Origin: Marsupella aquatica | Lineage: Eukaryota; Plantae; Marchantiophyta | Length of the DNA: 64,000 nucleotides | Assembly: GCA_973895155.1 (NCBI GenBank) | Contig: OZ316892.1 | Location: 23,629,871-23,693,870 of the forward strand | Reading direction: 5' to 3' | Part shown: positions 14,346 to 28,116 of the stretch, piece by piece | Layout of the letters: the number at the start of each line of letters is the position of its first letter | How positions within the stretch are numbered: position 1 is the stretch's first letter | Made by a program: the position numbers and the translations under genes | The notes under the pieces: generated by a model | Told to the model about the DNA's origin: nothing | The model's database searches: none | Seen by the model: only the letters and a program-made list of their open reading frames with translations

Positions 14346-17300
14346 ATGCAACCACCGCCACCACCACCTCTGAGGCCCGGGGCATCGGAGAGCCCTTTCG
14401 CTCAGCCTCCCGTCGGTGGTGCCCCCTTTCAAACAGCAAAACAGCCTTACCCTGCACCACCAGGTATGATCTGATTCCTAAACCTTGGTCTGTTTCACCT
14501 GCGCTTGTGTGGGTTTTCATTTTCTGTTTCGGCATGCTTGAGACGGCAATCAGGCTTATGTTTCGGGAGGAAATCTTTCTTTTGCATGTATTGTGGTTGC
14601 CATTGGGAAAAGCAGCTTAGAAGACCCCTTGCAGAACTGTGATGTTTTTGGTGTAGTTATTTAGAAGGGATACTAGGGGTAACTGCGGGGACAGTGGATC
14701 TGGGTTTTGTGGATCCGATGAATTGGATTCGGGTTTTACTCTATCAATTGTGCTCTTGTCTATCCTTCAGACAGACGGCTTTCATGGCTTTCAGGGATTT
14801 AGGTTTCGTTGATGCCCGTGCTGGGTTTGGAGTATGAATTCGTGCATTGTGTGTGGATGGTAGTGTGATCATTTTGCTCGGGAAGGTGTCTGTCTCCTGT
14901 GTATCTATAATGTTTTTGCTTTTTTTGGGGGTTTGTTTGGTTGACAGGGATGCAAAATTTAGCACAACCATGGCAGCAGCAGCAGCAGCCAGGACTAGGA
15001 CAGCAACCTTTTCGCCCTCAGCCTGGGAATTTTCCAGGCCCCCCCCAGGCGTTCGTGCCAGCTTCTGGTCCTACACGTCCAGGGCCGCCTCCTTCTCGGC
15101 CTCAGTCAGGGAATTTTGCGAGTGTTCCAGGAACGGCACCCACTCAGGCTTTCATCCCCACTTCTAATCCGACATCCCCGCGGGCAGTTGGAGGGCCACC
15201 CAATTCAGGTCCCGGATCAGTGCGACCAGGAGGACCCCCAATGGCATTCAACCCTGGGCAGTCGTTTCCTTCCACTGCTCCCCCATTAGCTGGCCAGTCT
15301 GTCCGTCCATCTGGCCCTCCTCCTGGCCCTTTCTTAGGACAGCAACGACCTTCTGGTTCACCCCTAACAGTAGGTGCTGGTCCTCCTGGAACGCGGCCTG
15401 CTGGTGCACCTCCCGGATCATTTCCTGGCGGGCCAATTCCTCAAGGAAAAGGGTATGTTGCACCTCAATCAGGAGCTGCTTATGCTCCACCACCATCTGG
15501 AGCTCAACTAGGGCCACCTCCCGTAGGAAGTCCAGCACCGGCTTTTGGTTCACCTCCAACATCTTTTCAACCACGGATGGCTCCTCTAGGATCGCAAATA
15601 CTCTCCAGTGCACCGCTTCCTGGACATCCTAATGGCGTAGCACAGCCTCCCCCACTTCCTTTAGGAGACAGATTTGCTGGTATTTCAGGTCCAGCCCCCG
15701 GGCAAATGAATGTACCATCATCTCCTTATTCTAATTTTGGGCAAGGAGCCCCTGCACCTGCATATGGGGCACAGCAGCCAGCTGCACCTCCACAGTTTGG
15801 GCGTCCACAAGCAACTGGCCAGTATGGGGCACCTCCCCAGGGTGCCTACGGTGCAGTACAACCTAATTCCATCCCAGGGCAACTACAAGCTGGACAGATG
15901 GGAGGCTATATGGCACCTCCTCCCATGGCAGGATATGGTAGTGATCCAACTGCCAGAGGTTTGCCAGAGGAATTCCAGTCTCTGTCAATGGTACCCCTTC
16001 CAGGATCTATGGATCCAGGGGTCGATCCGGCTGCCCTTCCCAGACCATCAGATGACATGGAGCCACCTGCTTCAACCTGGGCTGCCAATTGTCATCCAAG
16101 ATATCTGCGGCTTACATGCAACTCTTTGCCCAATTCGCATTCACTTGTTTCCCGCTGGCATTTGCCTCTAGGAGCTGTTGTGCATCCCCTAGCAGAGGCG
16201 CCACCCGGGGTAAGAGACTACCTTGTTACTTATGTTCCCGAGTAATTCTGCTGGCTTTCCTTATATATTGTAGCACTACCTCAATGTTGTCGTTAAAAAT
16301 TTGTGACATTTTGGAGTTTAAGCTTGATGAGTGACCTAAATGCAGGAAGAAGTACCAGTTGTAAATTTTGGTGCCACAAGTATTGTACGTTGTCGGCGTT
16401 GTCGGACATACATCAATGCTTATGTAACTTTCACAGATGGTGGAAAACGGTGGCGATGCAATGTGTGTGTCCTATTGAATGAAGGTGACGACGAAGTTCA
16501 ATCTGTCATTTGCAGTTGCAGCAATTACTACATTCCACATTTTTCTAGTTTCAGCCTTTAAAGCTCGTGCGCATTCTCCAGCTTCTAGGTTCTATAATTC
16601 TTAAAGTCCGTATACAGTGAAGAAAGAAGAAAGTCATATCCCAGACAGAAAACTGGGCGCTTACAATGTCTTTTTCTATTGGATGAAAACAGTGCCTGTC
16701 GAGTACTTCTGTCCTTTGGATGCGAATGGGAAACGAAGGGATGCGGAGGAAAGACCAGAGCTTTGTAAGGGTAGCGTAGAATTTGTTGCTCCAACAGAGT
16801 ATATGGTTCGGCCTCCAATGCCACCAGTGTACTTTTTCTTGATTGATGTATCACTATCAGCCATTAGGACTGGTATGCTACAGGTAATGCACTCCCCCTC
16901 CCTTCTATCGTAGATTCCATTTTTTATTTTTGCACCGTGCTTTATATTCTTTAGACGATTTTACCGTTAATTAGGTGGCAGTCACTGTGATGTGTCCATT
17001 ATTCAGATTAACCAGTGCAATGTAAGAACGCGGTATTTTAATTTCATCGATTGGAATATTCTGCTTTCAGGTAGCCTGTGAAACTATCAAGGCAGGTTTG
17101 GACAACTTGCCCGGTTTTCCTCGCACGCAAATTGGGTTCATAACATTTGACAGCACGCTTCATTTTTACAGCTTGAAGGTTCCATCTCTTTCTCACGGTT
17201 AAGACTTTTCTATTGGTGTTCATTGACAGCGAATCATTTCGCTATTTTGCTTTACAGACACCTTCACGTAATATGTTCTTGTTACCTTTAGGGGTCGCTA

Positions 17301-20300
17301 GTCCAGATGCCCAGTCTGCTCAATGAGCTATTAGGACTGAGACCGTGGTGACATTGTTGTGCAGTCGTCATTGACTCAGCCCCAAATGATGGTGGTCGCT
17401 GAGCTCGATGATCCCTTCCTGCCTATGCCCGATGACTTGCTGGTCAATCTCTCGGAGTCACGAACAGTTGTGGAAGCTCTGCTGGATAGCCTACCTTCAA
17501 TGTTTCAAAACAATGTCAATATTGAATCAGCACTTGGTCCTGCACTAAAGGCTTCTTTTATGGTCATGGTAAGAGTTCATGGTCGTTTTTCTTATCTTGG
17601 TGTCGGCCCTAGAAAACAAGTACTTTTTGCTAAAAAACAAAATTTCAGTGGGTTCACAATAATTAATCTGCAACTTAAGCACATAGAAGTTCTAGGATCT
17701 AACAGTATTGATATTGGAGGAACGTGACAAATATTTCTGCTCAAATGTGTCTTTCAACATGAATGCAGAGTCAACTTGGAGGCAAGCTGCTCGTGTTCCA
17801 AAGCACATTACCTTCCTTAGGTGTCGGTAGACTGAAGCTGCGGGGAGATGACCCACGTGTCTATGGAACCGAAAAGGAAGCTTTTCTTCGAGTCACAGAA
17901 GACCAGTTTTACAAGCAGATGGCGGCAGATTTTTCCAAGTACCAAATTGGTGTGAACATATATGCATTTGCAGACAAGTATACTGATATTGCATCGCTAG
18001 GTAACTCCTTCTTCATCTCTAATCAAATGGACTCGGGGGTATTCTATGTGTTGTTTCGAAACTTTGCATTATGGAGCAGAAGAGCTTGTTTTGAATGATT
18101 AGTGTACTGTATATTCAATTTGTTTTGATGCATTTTTACAATGAACAAAATTCTTCATTTGCAACAGGTACACTACCAAAATATACAGGGGGACAGATCA
18201 TCTATTATCCTGGGTACTATTCGGAACTGCACAGTAAGAAGTTTAGTTATGAGCTTGCCAGAGATCTGTCGAGAGAAACAGCTTGGGAAGCAGTGATGCG
18301 CATTAGATGTGGAAAAGGTAATTTCGCTGTGAACCAGTCTGTATTATTTTTTGCCGCTGGTGTCTAATATCAGAAAGATTGAACTAGCTTTGTGTAGCAT
18401 TTCGTATGCCCCAGGTCTCATGAACTTAAGCAGCATGTATGATAAGTGTGGAACTATTCCTTTCTTCTAGAGCACCATGTTTATGTTAAGGTACCCAAGA
18501 GCCTTCTCCTCATTTGGTTTTATTTGGCAGGAATAAGGTTTAGTACCTATCATGGTCACTTTATGCTTCGAAGTTCCGATTTGCTGGCACTTCCTGCTGT
18601 CGACGTGGATAAAGCCTTTGCGATGCAACTTACTTTGGAGGATACCCTTCTGACTAGTCCAACTGTTTACTTTCAAGTGGCTGTGCTGTATCCTTTCCTC
18701 ACAATTTATATGTCATGGATCGGTTTTGAAATTTTGCATGGTGAAAAAAAATGAAAAATTGACAAAAATGAAAAAAACTGCTTGGTGTAACTACTTAAGT
18801 GTACCAACATGTTCGTAGAGATGCATGACAGGCTTCATGTTTTGATTAATACTAGTCAATGCACTTGAGGCATGCTTGACATGGTCGGGAGCTTATGATG
18901 GTCGCCTTGGCTTTTGCAATATAACTTGTGCTTTAAGGAACTGTAAACGTTTGCAGTTGCGTTCTTCGGAATATATAGTCGATCACCGTTGGATACTTGA
19001 AACCCAGAAGTATTTACCTTTTCATAATTGACACAATTACTTTGATGACATTCTGTGTTTTTGGGACATTGAGTGATGCACGGAGGCTAGATTCACGACG
19101 AGTTTAGAAGAAGTGATTGAGATGTAATCATTTTTGCTCTCTTAGCTTCCATTCTGGCGTCTTCCGTCTACTTTAGTCTTCAGGATATTGTCCATCTGGA
19201 AGCATTGCCCATGATAATCTTAACCAAGTTACCCACAGCTACACGTCATCCTCTGGGGAAAGGCGGATCAGAGTTCATACCATGGCAGCACCTGTGACAG
19301 CAGATCTTGGTGAAATGTATCGCTCAGCAGATGTGGGAGCGATTGCTAGTGTTATGAGCAGGCTGGGTACAACACAATCCTCTCGGCCATGCTCTAGTTT
19401 TATTTTTTATTGAACATCTCTTATGTGGTGTTTGAAGGGTATGTCTAGTAGAAAAATTGACTTTTAAGTTTCTGAATGGTTGAAATCGGTATCCATGCAG
19501 CAATTGAGAAGGCCCTGGTGTCAAAGCTGGAGGATGCCCGCCAAGCAACACAGGCGAGATTGGTCAAAAGTTTGCGAGAGTATCGGAATTTGTTTGCTGT
19601 CCAGCATCGTACAGCAGGACGGCTGATTTTTCCAGAATCCCTGAGGCTCCTCCCGCTATATGTCCTCGCCATAAACAAATCTATTGCTCTGAGGGGTGGC
19701 TTCAATGATGTTTCTGCTGACGAACGATGTGCTGCTGCGTTTGAGATGCAAATCATGCCTATCTCTCGACTACTGAAGTTTCTTTATCCATCGTTGTATC
19801 GATTTGATGATTTTCTATACCAGGTTTGATGAAATTGCTCACCGTTTTGGAACCTAATTCTCTCACTGGGCTAAACGATGTCGCACATCTACTTTGTAGG
19901 GGAGCTATGTAAATGGCGGAGTATTTGTTGGGAATTTAACGAAGTTATCCGGATGCTTGTGTGAGCCTTGAATTCTGCATGTTGAGCGCCTGTCGTAGAA
20001 CATCATTTTCTTTGAAAGGCTCATAGTTTTTCTGAAAATTTTCTTTAGGATATCTACTAGATATAATGGTCACTGGTTCTAATGAAGACTGAGTGCTACC
20101 TTCCAAAATAGGGATTCTTTTGGTGAATTGAGATATAAGAGACCATCAGAACTATGTATCACAGTTGAAAAATGACTTCGAGTATTGGTTTGCCTATAAT
20201 TTTATGGAGACTATGAACTTGTATTACATGAGTACTCACTCAGACCGACATTTTTTCTGTGCAGGGAACGAAGATCAAGGCAGATGGCCCAATTGAGTTG

Positions 20301-20929
20301 CCATCTCCTCTATGGTTGACAGGGGAGCGTCTTGACCCTCGTGGCGCCTATTTCTTGAATGATGGAATGCATTTTGTCCTGTGGGTGGGAAAAGTACTAT
20401 CATTGGAGTTTGTGGGACTCCTCTATGGCTCAGAAGTTGCCCAGTCTGCCGATTCTAGCAAGGTATTTCTCAGCGTAGGATAATCTTATGCTTTACAAGA
20501 AAGATTTGTTGATGATAACAGGTTTTCGTATTTTCTCAACAAATTTGACAATGATTGTTCAAAATTTCTAGTAGAGGAGGGAAAGTTTGCACGCGCCGTC
20601 ATCATATGTCATCGCTCGTCTCATTCTCTTAGGATAAGGGGGGAAACGACAAGTTTGCTAAGAGATCTCATTACGCTCGGGTGGTGTTTTCATAGGTGGC
20701 TGTCGTCTCACAAGACAATGATTTATCAAAACGCTTCGTTACTGTACTTCAAAAATTAAGAGAAAAGAACTCAGCGTTGTATCAGGAATGCTATCTAGTG
20801 AGGCAGGGTGAGCAGCCAAGGGAGTCACGTCTTGTTCTTGCCAATCTTGTTGAGGATCGGACTGCTCCGCCATTTGGCTATGTTGACTGGGTGATACAGA
20901 TTCATCGGCAGGTACAGCAGAATTCGTAA
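14346..20929 (+). CDS. SEC24: COPII coat cargo adaptor Sec24 (SEC24A-like), 13 exons
   Basis: Exons 14346-14463, 14948-16209, 16346-16484, 16693-16883, 17071-17178, 17365-17568, 17769-18000, 18168-18317, 18531-18687, 19239-19366, 19501-19823, 20265-20462, 20696-20929. Pro/Gly-rich N-terminus, zinc finger [10 protein letters not shown]...WRCNVC, trunk [32 protein letters not shown], gelsolin-like C-terminus. Confidence 0.96.
18688..19238 (+). other. U12-type (minor spliceosome) GT-AG intron in SEC24
   Basis: 5' splice site GTATCCTTT matches the U12 consensus. Branch point TCTTAAC at 19218-19224 lies just upstream of the CAG, with no polypyrimidine tract. Splicing restores [13 protein letters not shown]. 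Confidence 0.9.
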
Positions 20930-22269
20930 GTATTATTTGTACCGGGGTAAGCGGCAGTCCCTCTTTAACATTGAGATGTCAAACCACAGTAACGGTTTGG
21001 CAAGAACATCAGTTTGGGGGAACACTTTAGGGATGTGTAAGGATTTGTATAGTTGGGGAGTTCTTTGCCAAGCAGATCTCAAGTACAGGTGCCAAATTTA
21101 TCGGTGTTGTTTACTAGTCTGACTACAATAAGCGTTAGTTAGTGCTTCTTTGTAGGTTGTTAGAGTCGAAAATTTTCCTTTTGTTCCAAGGTCCGGTAGT
21201 GGCAGTATTATTTTAAACTGCCAGAGACTAGCTCAATCATAGATTTTAGGCATGACTGAGGATCAATCATCCACCTCTTAAGGTGGCATTTCTTGGATGT
21301 GAAAAGGACTTGAGCGTTGAGAAATAAAGCAGGTATTCACGGTCTCTGTTGGAAGTGTAAAACAGCGTCATTACGATGACTGATCTTTGCCGCATAAATT
21401 GAATACAGAGCCTGGAGATGTCTAATGCATTTGCATTTTTGTGCTGAGATGACTTCGTCTACGGGTCAGTTATAGTTGTATCCTCAGAAACTTGTCAAGA
21501 CTTCGGTTGGCTGAAGTCGAGATACAGCTGCAGCAGTCACTAATAATGCCTTCGAAGGTAGTCATAAATTGTTATAGTATTCTCTAGTTTTCCTTGGTCG
21601 GAAACAAGGCAATGATGCAGGTCGTTAGAGTAACATCAGGTCGTTTAATTGACATGTGGGTCAATCAGCCGGTCACCACAGGATCTTTACAAGTGATTTT
21701 AACGTCAGTGTTGACCTGCATATTTGTCTTTGATGAATTGGAATATAACAGAAGATGCCATTCGCTATCCAAAGATCAGAAGAGGGGGCTCTAGTGTTAA
21801 AACTGCAGGTTTACATTGGTTTGTGGGCTCTTTAATTCTAATCATCAACATCATATACCCTTCATTGATCCAATTTGGATGAACAATCCGAGAGTCCACC
21901 GTTGGAAGCCCACAAGCAACATTTGCCGTGAGCTGTTACTGGAGTTCACTTTGGAGACCAGGACTCATGAGAGATTGGTTGTCCTTGCTGGACTTTATGG
22001 TCCATTTTGGTCCTCATAATGTGCAAAAAAAAGCCCTAGATACACAGGTGGGTTCTCTAAAACCAAAAACAAAACAACTAACAATGCAACACTGACCAAA
22101 AGTTATATCAACTTTTTTGGGGGTACACTTGTGGGGGGTGGGGGGGAGGGGGAACTTTTGGTCCATCCTATCAATTTACAAGAATTTCAATGTTTACTTT
22201 TCTTCTTTGACCAACTTGCAGTGAGAGAGAATGGAAATCCCTTTTGTTGTTGTCTTTATCACCTTTGGC

Positions 22270-23070
22270 CAAAGTTTGATGAGAGGTGCTTTATGGAAAG
22301 GTTTTTTTTAATCCGGAATTATTCAATCCTCAAGTGATTAGCAATGCACCATGGAAAGGTCTGCTGCTATGGAAGCCTTTTTTGGTTTTCATTGCAGTTT
22401 GCAAAGAGAGGTGCTTCATTTTATGGAATTAGAGCATGAATGGATCTGGCCACTTTGTCTATGAAGCCCAGATGGACTGGCAAAGCTTGGATGGACTTGC
22501 TCAGAACATTGAAATTGACTCAGATAACATTGTTTACGCTTTTGACTGAAATGTCACTTATAAACAGTCTCCTTACCGTTTGCCACCGGTTTCAATTACA
22601 TTACCACACTGGTTTCCTTGGTAATTTGACAGCTTGATGACCTTGGACCTGAAAGACATCAAGACGTCATGTCATTTCTCAGGATCACCATGGCTTCTTG
22701 ACTACTTTCTCCCCAAGGTAATCAAAGTAGTCAATTGCAATCCATGACCGGTTTCTTTTAATTTTCATTGTAAAAGCAACGATCACTTTACACAGTCCAT
22801 GGCGATGGGCAGGGACAATGTCTCGGTCCATCCGGGCTTTTGTTTCTCATTTTATGGAAACTGTTTTTTATTTCAGAAACTAAAATGCTCTTCCACAAGT
22901 GATTAGCAATGCATTATGGAAGGTCTCTTTGCCATTGAAGCCCTTTGTTGTTGTCATCATTAGGAAGGTTTGATGAGAGGTACTTTATTTATGGAAAGGT
23001 TTGTAAATTTTTAAAACTGAATTATTTCATCCCCCAAGTGAGTAGGAAGGCATTATGGAAAGGTTTCTTG
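22270..23070. repeat. Degenerate dispersed/tandem ~110-bp repeats
   Basis: caagtgattagcaatgca(c/t)(c/t)atggaa at ~22331 and ~22896, similar at ~23034. tttgatgagaggt...ttatggaaaggttt also recurs. Confidence 0.7.
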
Positions 23071-24504
23071 CCCAATTTTTTTTGTTTCTATTTTGATGAC
23101 CTTACCCAGCCAGAAAAAATGATGTAGGGAGGAAGGATATGGGAATTTCGCTATGCCATGATGCCCCTATCACAAAGATTAGGGCATTATAGCTTTGGCA
23201 TGGCAATTGAGGACAAAATTTTGGGTACTGTATCTCCTCTCCTCACCTCACCTCACCTCAAGAGAAGGCTTTACCTTTCTCAGGACAGAACTGTTTGTTA
23301 ATTAATGCAACTTTGACACACAAAGATTATCATTCTAGGAGTGCAATTCAATGCCAACAACTCTGATGTCAACCAGTGAATTTCTCATGCACCTTCAATT
23401 TTGCAATCGATTGTTTGCCCTGTGTTGCAGATCGTGTGCCTTGATTGAAATTGAGAAGGAGATTCAATCAACAATCAACTTCTAATTTCTGGGTTGCACC
23501 GATGTGGTGGTGCAACTTAAGTTTCCTTAAATCTGTTCTCGTGATAGAATAAGTGAAGGTGTAACATTTCAACATCAAATCAGTGTAGGGAAATTCTGGC
23601 CCCCTTTGATGAGATCAGTACAGTGCTGATAGGAATTTCTGCTTTTACCAACTTCTGTTGTATCCTCAAGCACCTGTGATTTCCGCTTGGTCCCAATGAA
23701 TCTGCTTCCTATGCCAAAAGATCTGACATAATGTCAATCAATCAGACAAATTCCTACCCTGGCCCTACTTTTCTCAATCAGGACCTGAATTAGTCAGGAG
23801 ATTGGTGTCTGGAGATTGGTGGTTGAATCCCAATGAAGTTGGACCTAAAATCCTCACTTTCCTAAACCCTAGTTGTGAAAACCGGCTCTCTAAGATTGTT
23901 GAGAGCTTTGGAATATATGGGCTTCAAAGGACACTGATTCAGTGTTATCTATTCATTCTATGTAACGATTCTATGAGATAGTTGACATTCTAACTCAAAA
24001 TGTGGAGACCTTGTCATCCACACTCCAGATTCCAGATCCAGTCTGTTGCTTTTTCTATTGACGAGTGATTCTACGCTCTATCTCATCACCTGAATGACAC
24101 TCTCTTGTTATTGTTAACCTTGTCTCCTGATCCAAATTTGATTGTACACACTATTTTTTGCAACTTTGTACCTCTGTTCAATTTTCTTTCACTTTTGAAC
24201 TGAGTTTATGCTTCCTCCCTGTCTTAGTCCTATTTTGTTCAATCACTTACCTTCATGTAGTCTACTCCCACCATAAAGAGGGAGACAAAAATAGAACCAA
24301 ACTACTCTTTGGCTTTTGTTCATGTTTGGTGACAAAGTTGTACTCCCTTCTACATGCTATCTATTTCAACCATTGGGATTCCAAATCCTGTCTATCTTAT
24401 ATTGTCCTGACCAGTTGTCCATTCTTTCTCTGAATCTATGATTTTTCTGAATTTTGAAGGAATTGGCGACCTTTCACCGTACCCTGCTCGATTCTTCCCT
24501 ACAC

Positions 24505-25135
24505 TACAAAAACCATTGATTGTTGGTAGGTATTCAAGTGGTGTCAATCCTACCGACACTCTTGTCAGTTTGTGCTATCAATATTACTCGGGTATTTCTA
24601 CAGTTCTCATGCTCTCAATTCGCTTCTTTCCTCTCTCTCCATGAAATGTATCCCAGAAGAGTCAATTGTAGTGACATCTTTACCAGTTCATGCTATTATT
24701 TGGGTATTGCTACAACTCCACTTTCCACAATTCTCATGCTCCCAAGTTTCTTCTTTCCTCAAGTCCTCTCTTCAAAATGTGGTCCCACTGTAGCCATTGA
24801 TGGTTGGTAGGTCCTCAAGTGGTGTCAATGTTAGTGACATCTTTCACTAGTTCATGCTATCAATTCACTCAGGTATGTCTACACCTCCACTTCCCAAAAT
24901 CCTTCTGCTCGCAATTGTCTTCGTTCTGAAAATCCACTTTCAACCAATGTGGTCCCACTGTAGCCATGATTGTTGCTAGGTCCTCAAGTGGTGCGATCAA
25001 TCCTAGTGAATCTTTCACCAATTCAAGGTATCAATTCAGTTGAGCATTTCTACAACTCCACTATCCACAACCCTCATGCTCCCAATTTACTTTCTCTGCA
25101 TTGAATCTTCTCTCCACAATGTGTCCCACTACCCT
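24505..25135. repeat. Degenerate ~170-bp tandem repeat, about 4 copies
   Basis: ccat(t)gat(t/g)gttg(g/c)taggt..tcaagtggtg at ~24513, ~24794 and ~24964. ctacaactccact..ccacaa..ctcatgctcccaa and aatgtg(g)tcccact also recur. Confidence 0.85.
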
Positions 25136-28116
25136 TACCTTGCTTGATGGAACTTTTGGGGGTCGTCCAGATGGTGATGAAGGAAGAGGGCTTCTTCCCA
25201 GATATTCTGGACAAAATGTGGGTGAAATTTCAGTGAACCCTTCACTTGGAGTTCAGTCTCCCCCTCCCTTAAGTTTTCGCCCCATAACAAGGCCAGAGCC
25301 CCCGCTACCACCACCACAAGTACATCCAGTGTTTGACACCCCTGCGGATCGCGAGATGGCAAGGGCCATCAAAGACGCTAACATAAGACCATTGGCCGCT
25401 CAGAGTTTGAAGATCCATGGTGGGATAAAAAATGGATTCAAGATTCACTTGAATGGGCCTAGTGGAAAAGATAGCAAAGCTTCAATTGAAGGCCCCAACG
25501 GGCACAACTATGTCATTACCCCAGCAGGTGCTGCAAAGGGAGAGAGCATAGCCCTCAATGGTGGTGGCCTTTATATCAGGTCACACTTGCGTATATAATC
25601 TCCTAAATGTATGGGAATACACATCATGCTATGTTCCTAATAATTATTTTCAGAAGTTCAAGAAACTTGGATGTTGATACTCTCTATAACTTAGGAACTC
25701 AGGAACTCAGAACTCAGGAAATACCTTTCATACCTGGATTTCATGCAAGATGGTTAAATGAAGTAAATTTGTTCAATAAACTCACTCAGATATTGACACT
25801 GTAGATCTAACTTTTGAACAAACTCAGAAAACACACTGAAGCTGCACTTCTCTTGTAGATGCAGTTTCTTTGCACTAACTTTCAATCCTTGGTGTCATCT
25901 TAAGTTTGACACTACTCATAAAACTCCAATGAAAGTCTAAAGTTATACAATAACTGTACAAGTAGTAATGTTTTTGGTGTGAGGCTTGAGCATGCAGGGC
26001 TGCAAATAACAAGAAGCAACTCATAACTGCAACCTCGTGTCCAGACAATCAAGTTCAGGTAGTGGAGTGATTGATAATGTTTTCTGTGAGGCATGATTAA
26101 GATGGTACTCATTTTCTCAGTCACATTGCTACTTAGACTTCTAAAGTTATGAATGGCAACTTGGGAGAAAAGCACTGATGTCACTCACAAACCTTAGGAG
26201 TAGTATGTCAAGATTGCAAGTGAATGCACAAACTAGAGTGGTGTATTTTTGCGGCCATTTTTGCTTGAGCCATACGGTGATGGAACATATGGCCGTGGGC
26301 AGGTTCAAGTTGGCCAAGGAAAGTCAGCTGTCCAATTGTCAATTCAAGTTGCCCCTCATGGAAAGAGAGGCGAGGTAGAACTGAATTGTGTGCGCAATGA
26401 GGCTGAAGATGGTGGTACTGGATACACAGTTAGTGTGAACAGGTATACAAGTATATACTTGATGTGTTTGCATATGAGACTACAATTTAATAGGCTTGCA
26501 TTTGGTTCTCCCAAGATGTATCTTAACTTACCATGAAGATCACCCTTGAATCCTATCTCCAGCCTCACCCGACAAGCATAGCACAAGAGACATCTGCTAG
26601 AGGATAGCCTATGAGTTCAACGTTTTCATCAATCTTTGCACCAAGCCTCTATTGCATAAAGTTTTATTGCGTTGTTTGCACTTGACATAAATATGCTATG
26701 CAATTTTTCTTTTCTTGCACGATTCAGTCAAGTCCAGGTCACCATAAGGTGACAACCTCCTGTCATACTTTGTAGATAGGTGATTGATGACATTGTTTAT
26801 AGCACTAGATACATGGCTTTTGGGGTACTGTAAGTGACCATGATCTTATAAAAGTGCTTAAATAAGATTATCAAGATATATCAACAAGACTGATGCCTTA
26901 CATAATATTTACTATCCACTTCACAAAGAGAGGCAGATGATGATGGAAGAGCTATTCTCAACAAGCAAAGTAGTGTTGCTCCAACAGACAGAATTCCGAG
27001 TCCTAGATGCAAAAGCCCGCAAGCTCATGTAGGTCAATGTCCAGACCCTCAATCTCAGGGATATGAGCCTCGCATATCTCATGATGGCTTGACTCAGCAA
27101 GCTCAATCTTACCAAGAGGAAAGATGTCATCAGGCCCAGGGTTTTGACCAAGACTGTTTTCTAGACAAAAAAGCCTTCATTAAAGAGAAAGGGCGCATTG
27201 CAGAAAAAGAAGGTCCAACAGTACAAGAGCAATATGCAGCTAAACTAAGAGAGATACTTGTCCAGAAAGAGCTCATTCAAAATGCAGAGCAAGAGCGGAT
27301 GCAAAATGAAAAGGACTTGCGCCTTGCAAATAGGGCGTACAATGCAAATTGGTTGTGAGATTCCTGCCATTCCAAACCCTCTTTTTAGAGCTTGCAGGCT
27401 TGTATTGACCATTCTCTTTGTCGAAAAAGATTATCATGTTGTTGTAAAAGCAGTTTGGTGGCATTGCAGTCTACTTGATATCAAATTCTATAGAGTTTTA
27501 CATTTTGCATTATATTGCTTCAAATGCTTGACGTCATGTTCCTTCCATAAGAAAGATACTGGATGCAATCTTGCCTTCTTAATTCTGAAGGAATGGGCTC
27601 AAAATAATAGAAGCTTGCATATGTCAAGGAAATTTTCCATTACTCGGTCCAATATTTTGTGGACAGCATGATTTAAGGAGCTTGTCTTATCTTTCACAGT
27701 GCATCTACTTCTCCATATTAAGCTCACAAATCTCCTTTATGAGTTTGCTGGATGATCTTGGCTGCTATGATCTAACATATATTTTGGTAGTGAATGATAT
27801 TGCTATCCATGGTGACCTTGACTGCAGTTACAAGAGGAAGCTTGACCTTCATCACCACAAACCTACAATTTCTTATCTCATTGGTAGAAGGTAAGTCTAG
27901 TTTGATTGAGAATGACTCTCACTAGCCTAATGAAATGATCTAAGTGTGAATTTTTCACGTTTCTACACTGAACCCTTTGAGTGCCCAGGTTTCAATGTTG
28001 GAAACTACAAAATCTGAAAGATGACTTTGTGTTATTACCCAGGATGACTGAACTTTTCAAGGAAATGAGGAGGACAGCTGATCTTCATCCTCCAGCACCT
28101 CCCTTTGTCAAATTTT
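25101..28116 (+). pseudogene. Orphan multi-exon gene or decayed gene of unknown product
   Basis: Open GC-richer segments ~25101-25579, ~26239-26442, 26929-~27354, ~27740-27890 and 28043-~28116 are separated by AT-rich spacers. Several donors are phase-2 and join in frame. Some acceptors are weak and no domain is recognisable. Confidence 0.4.
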
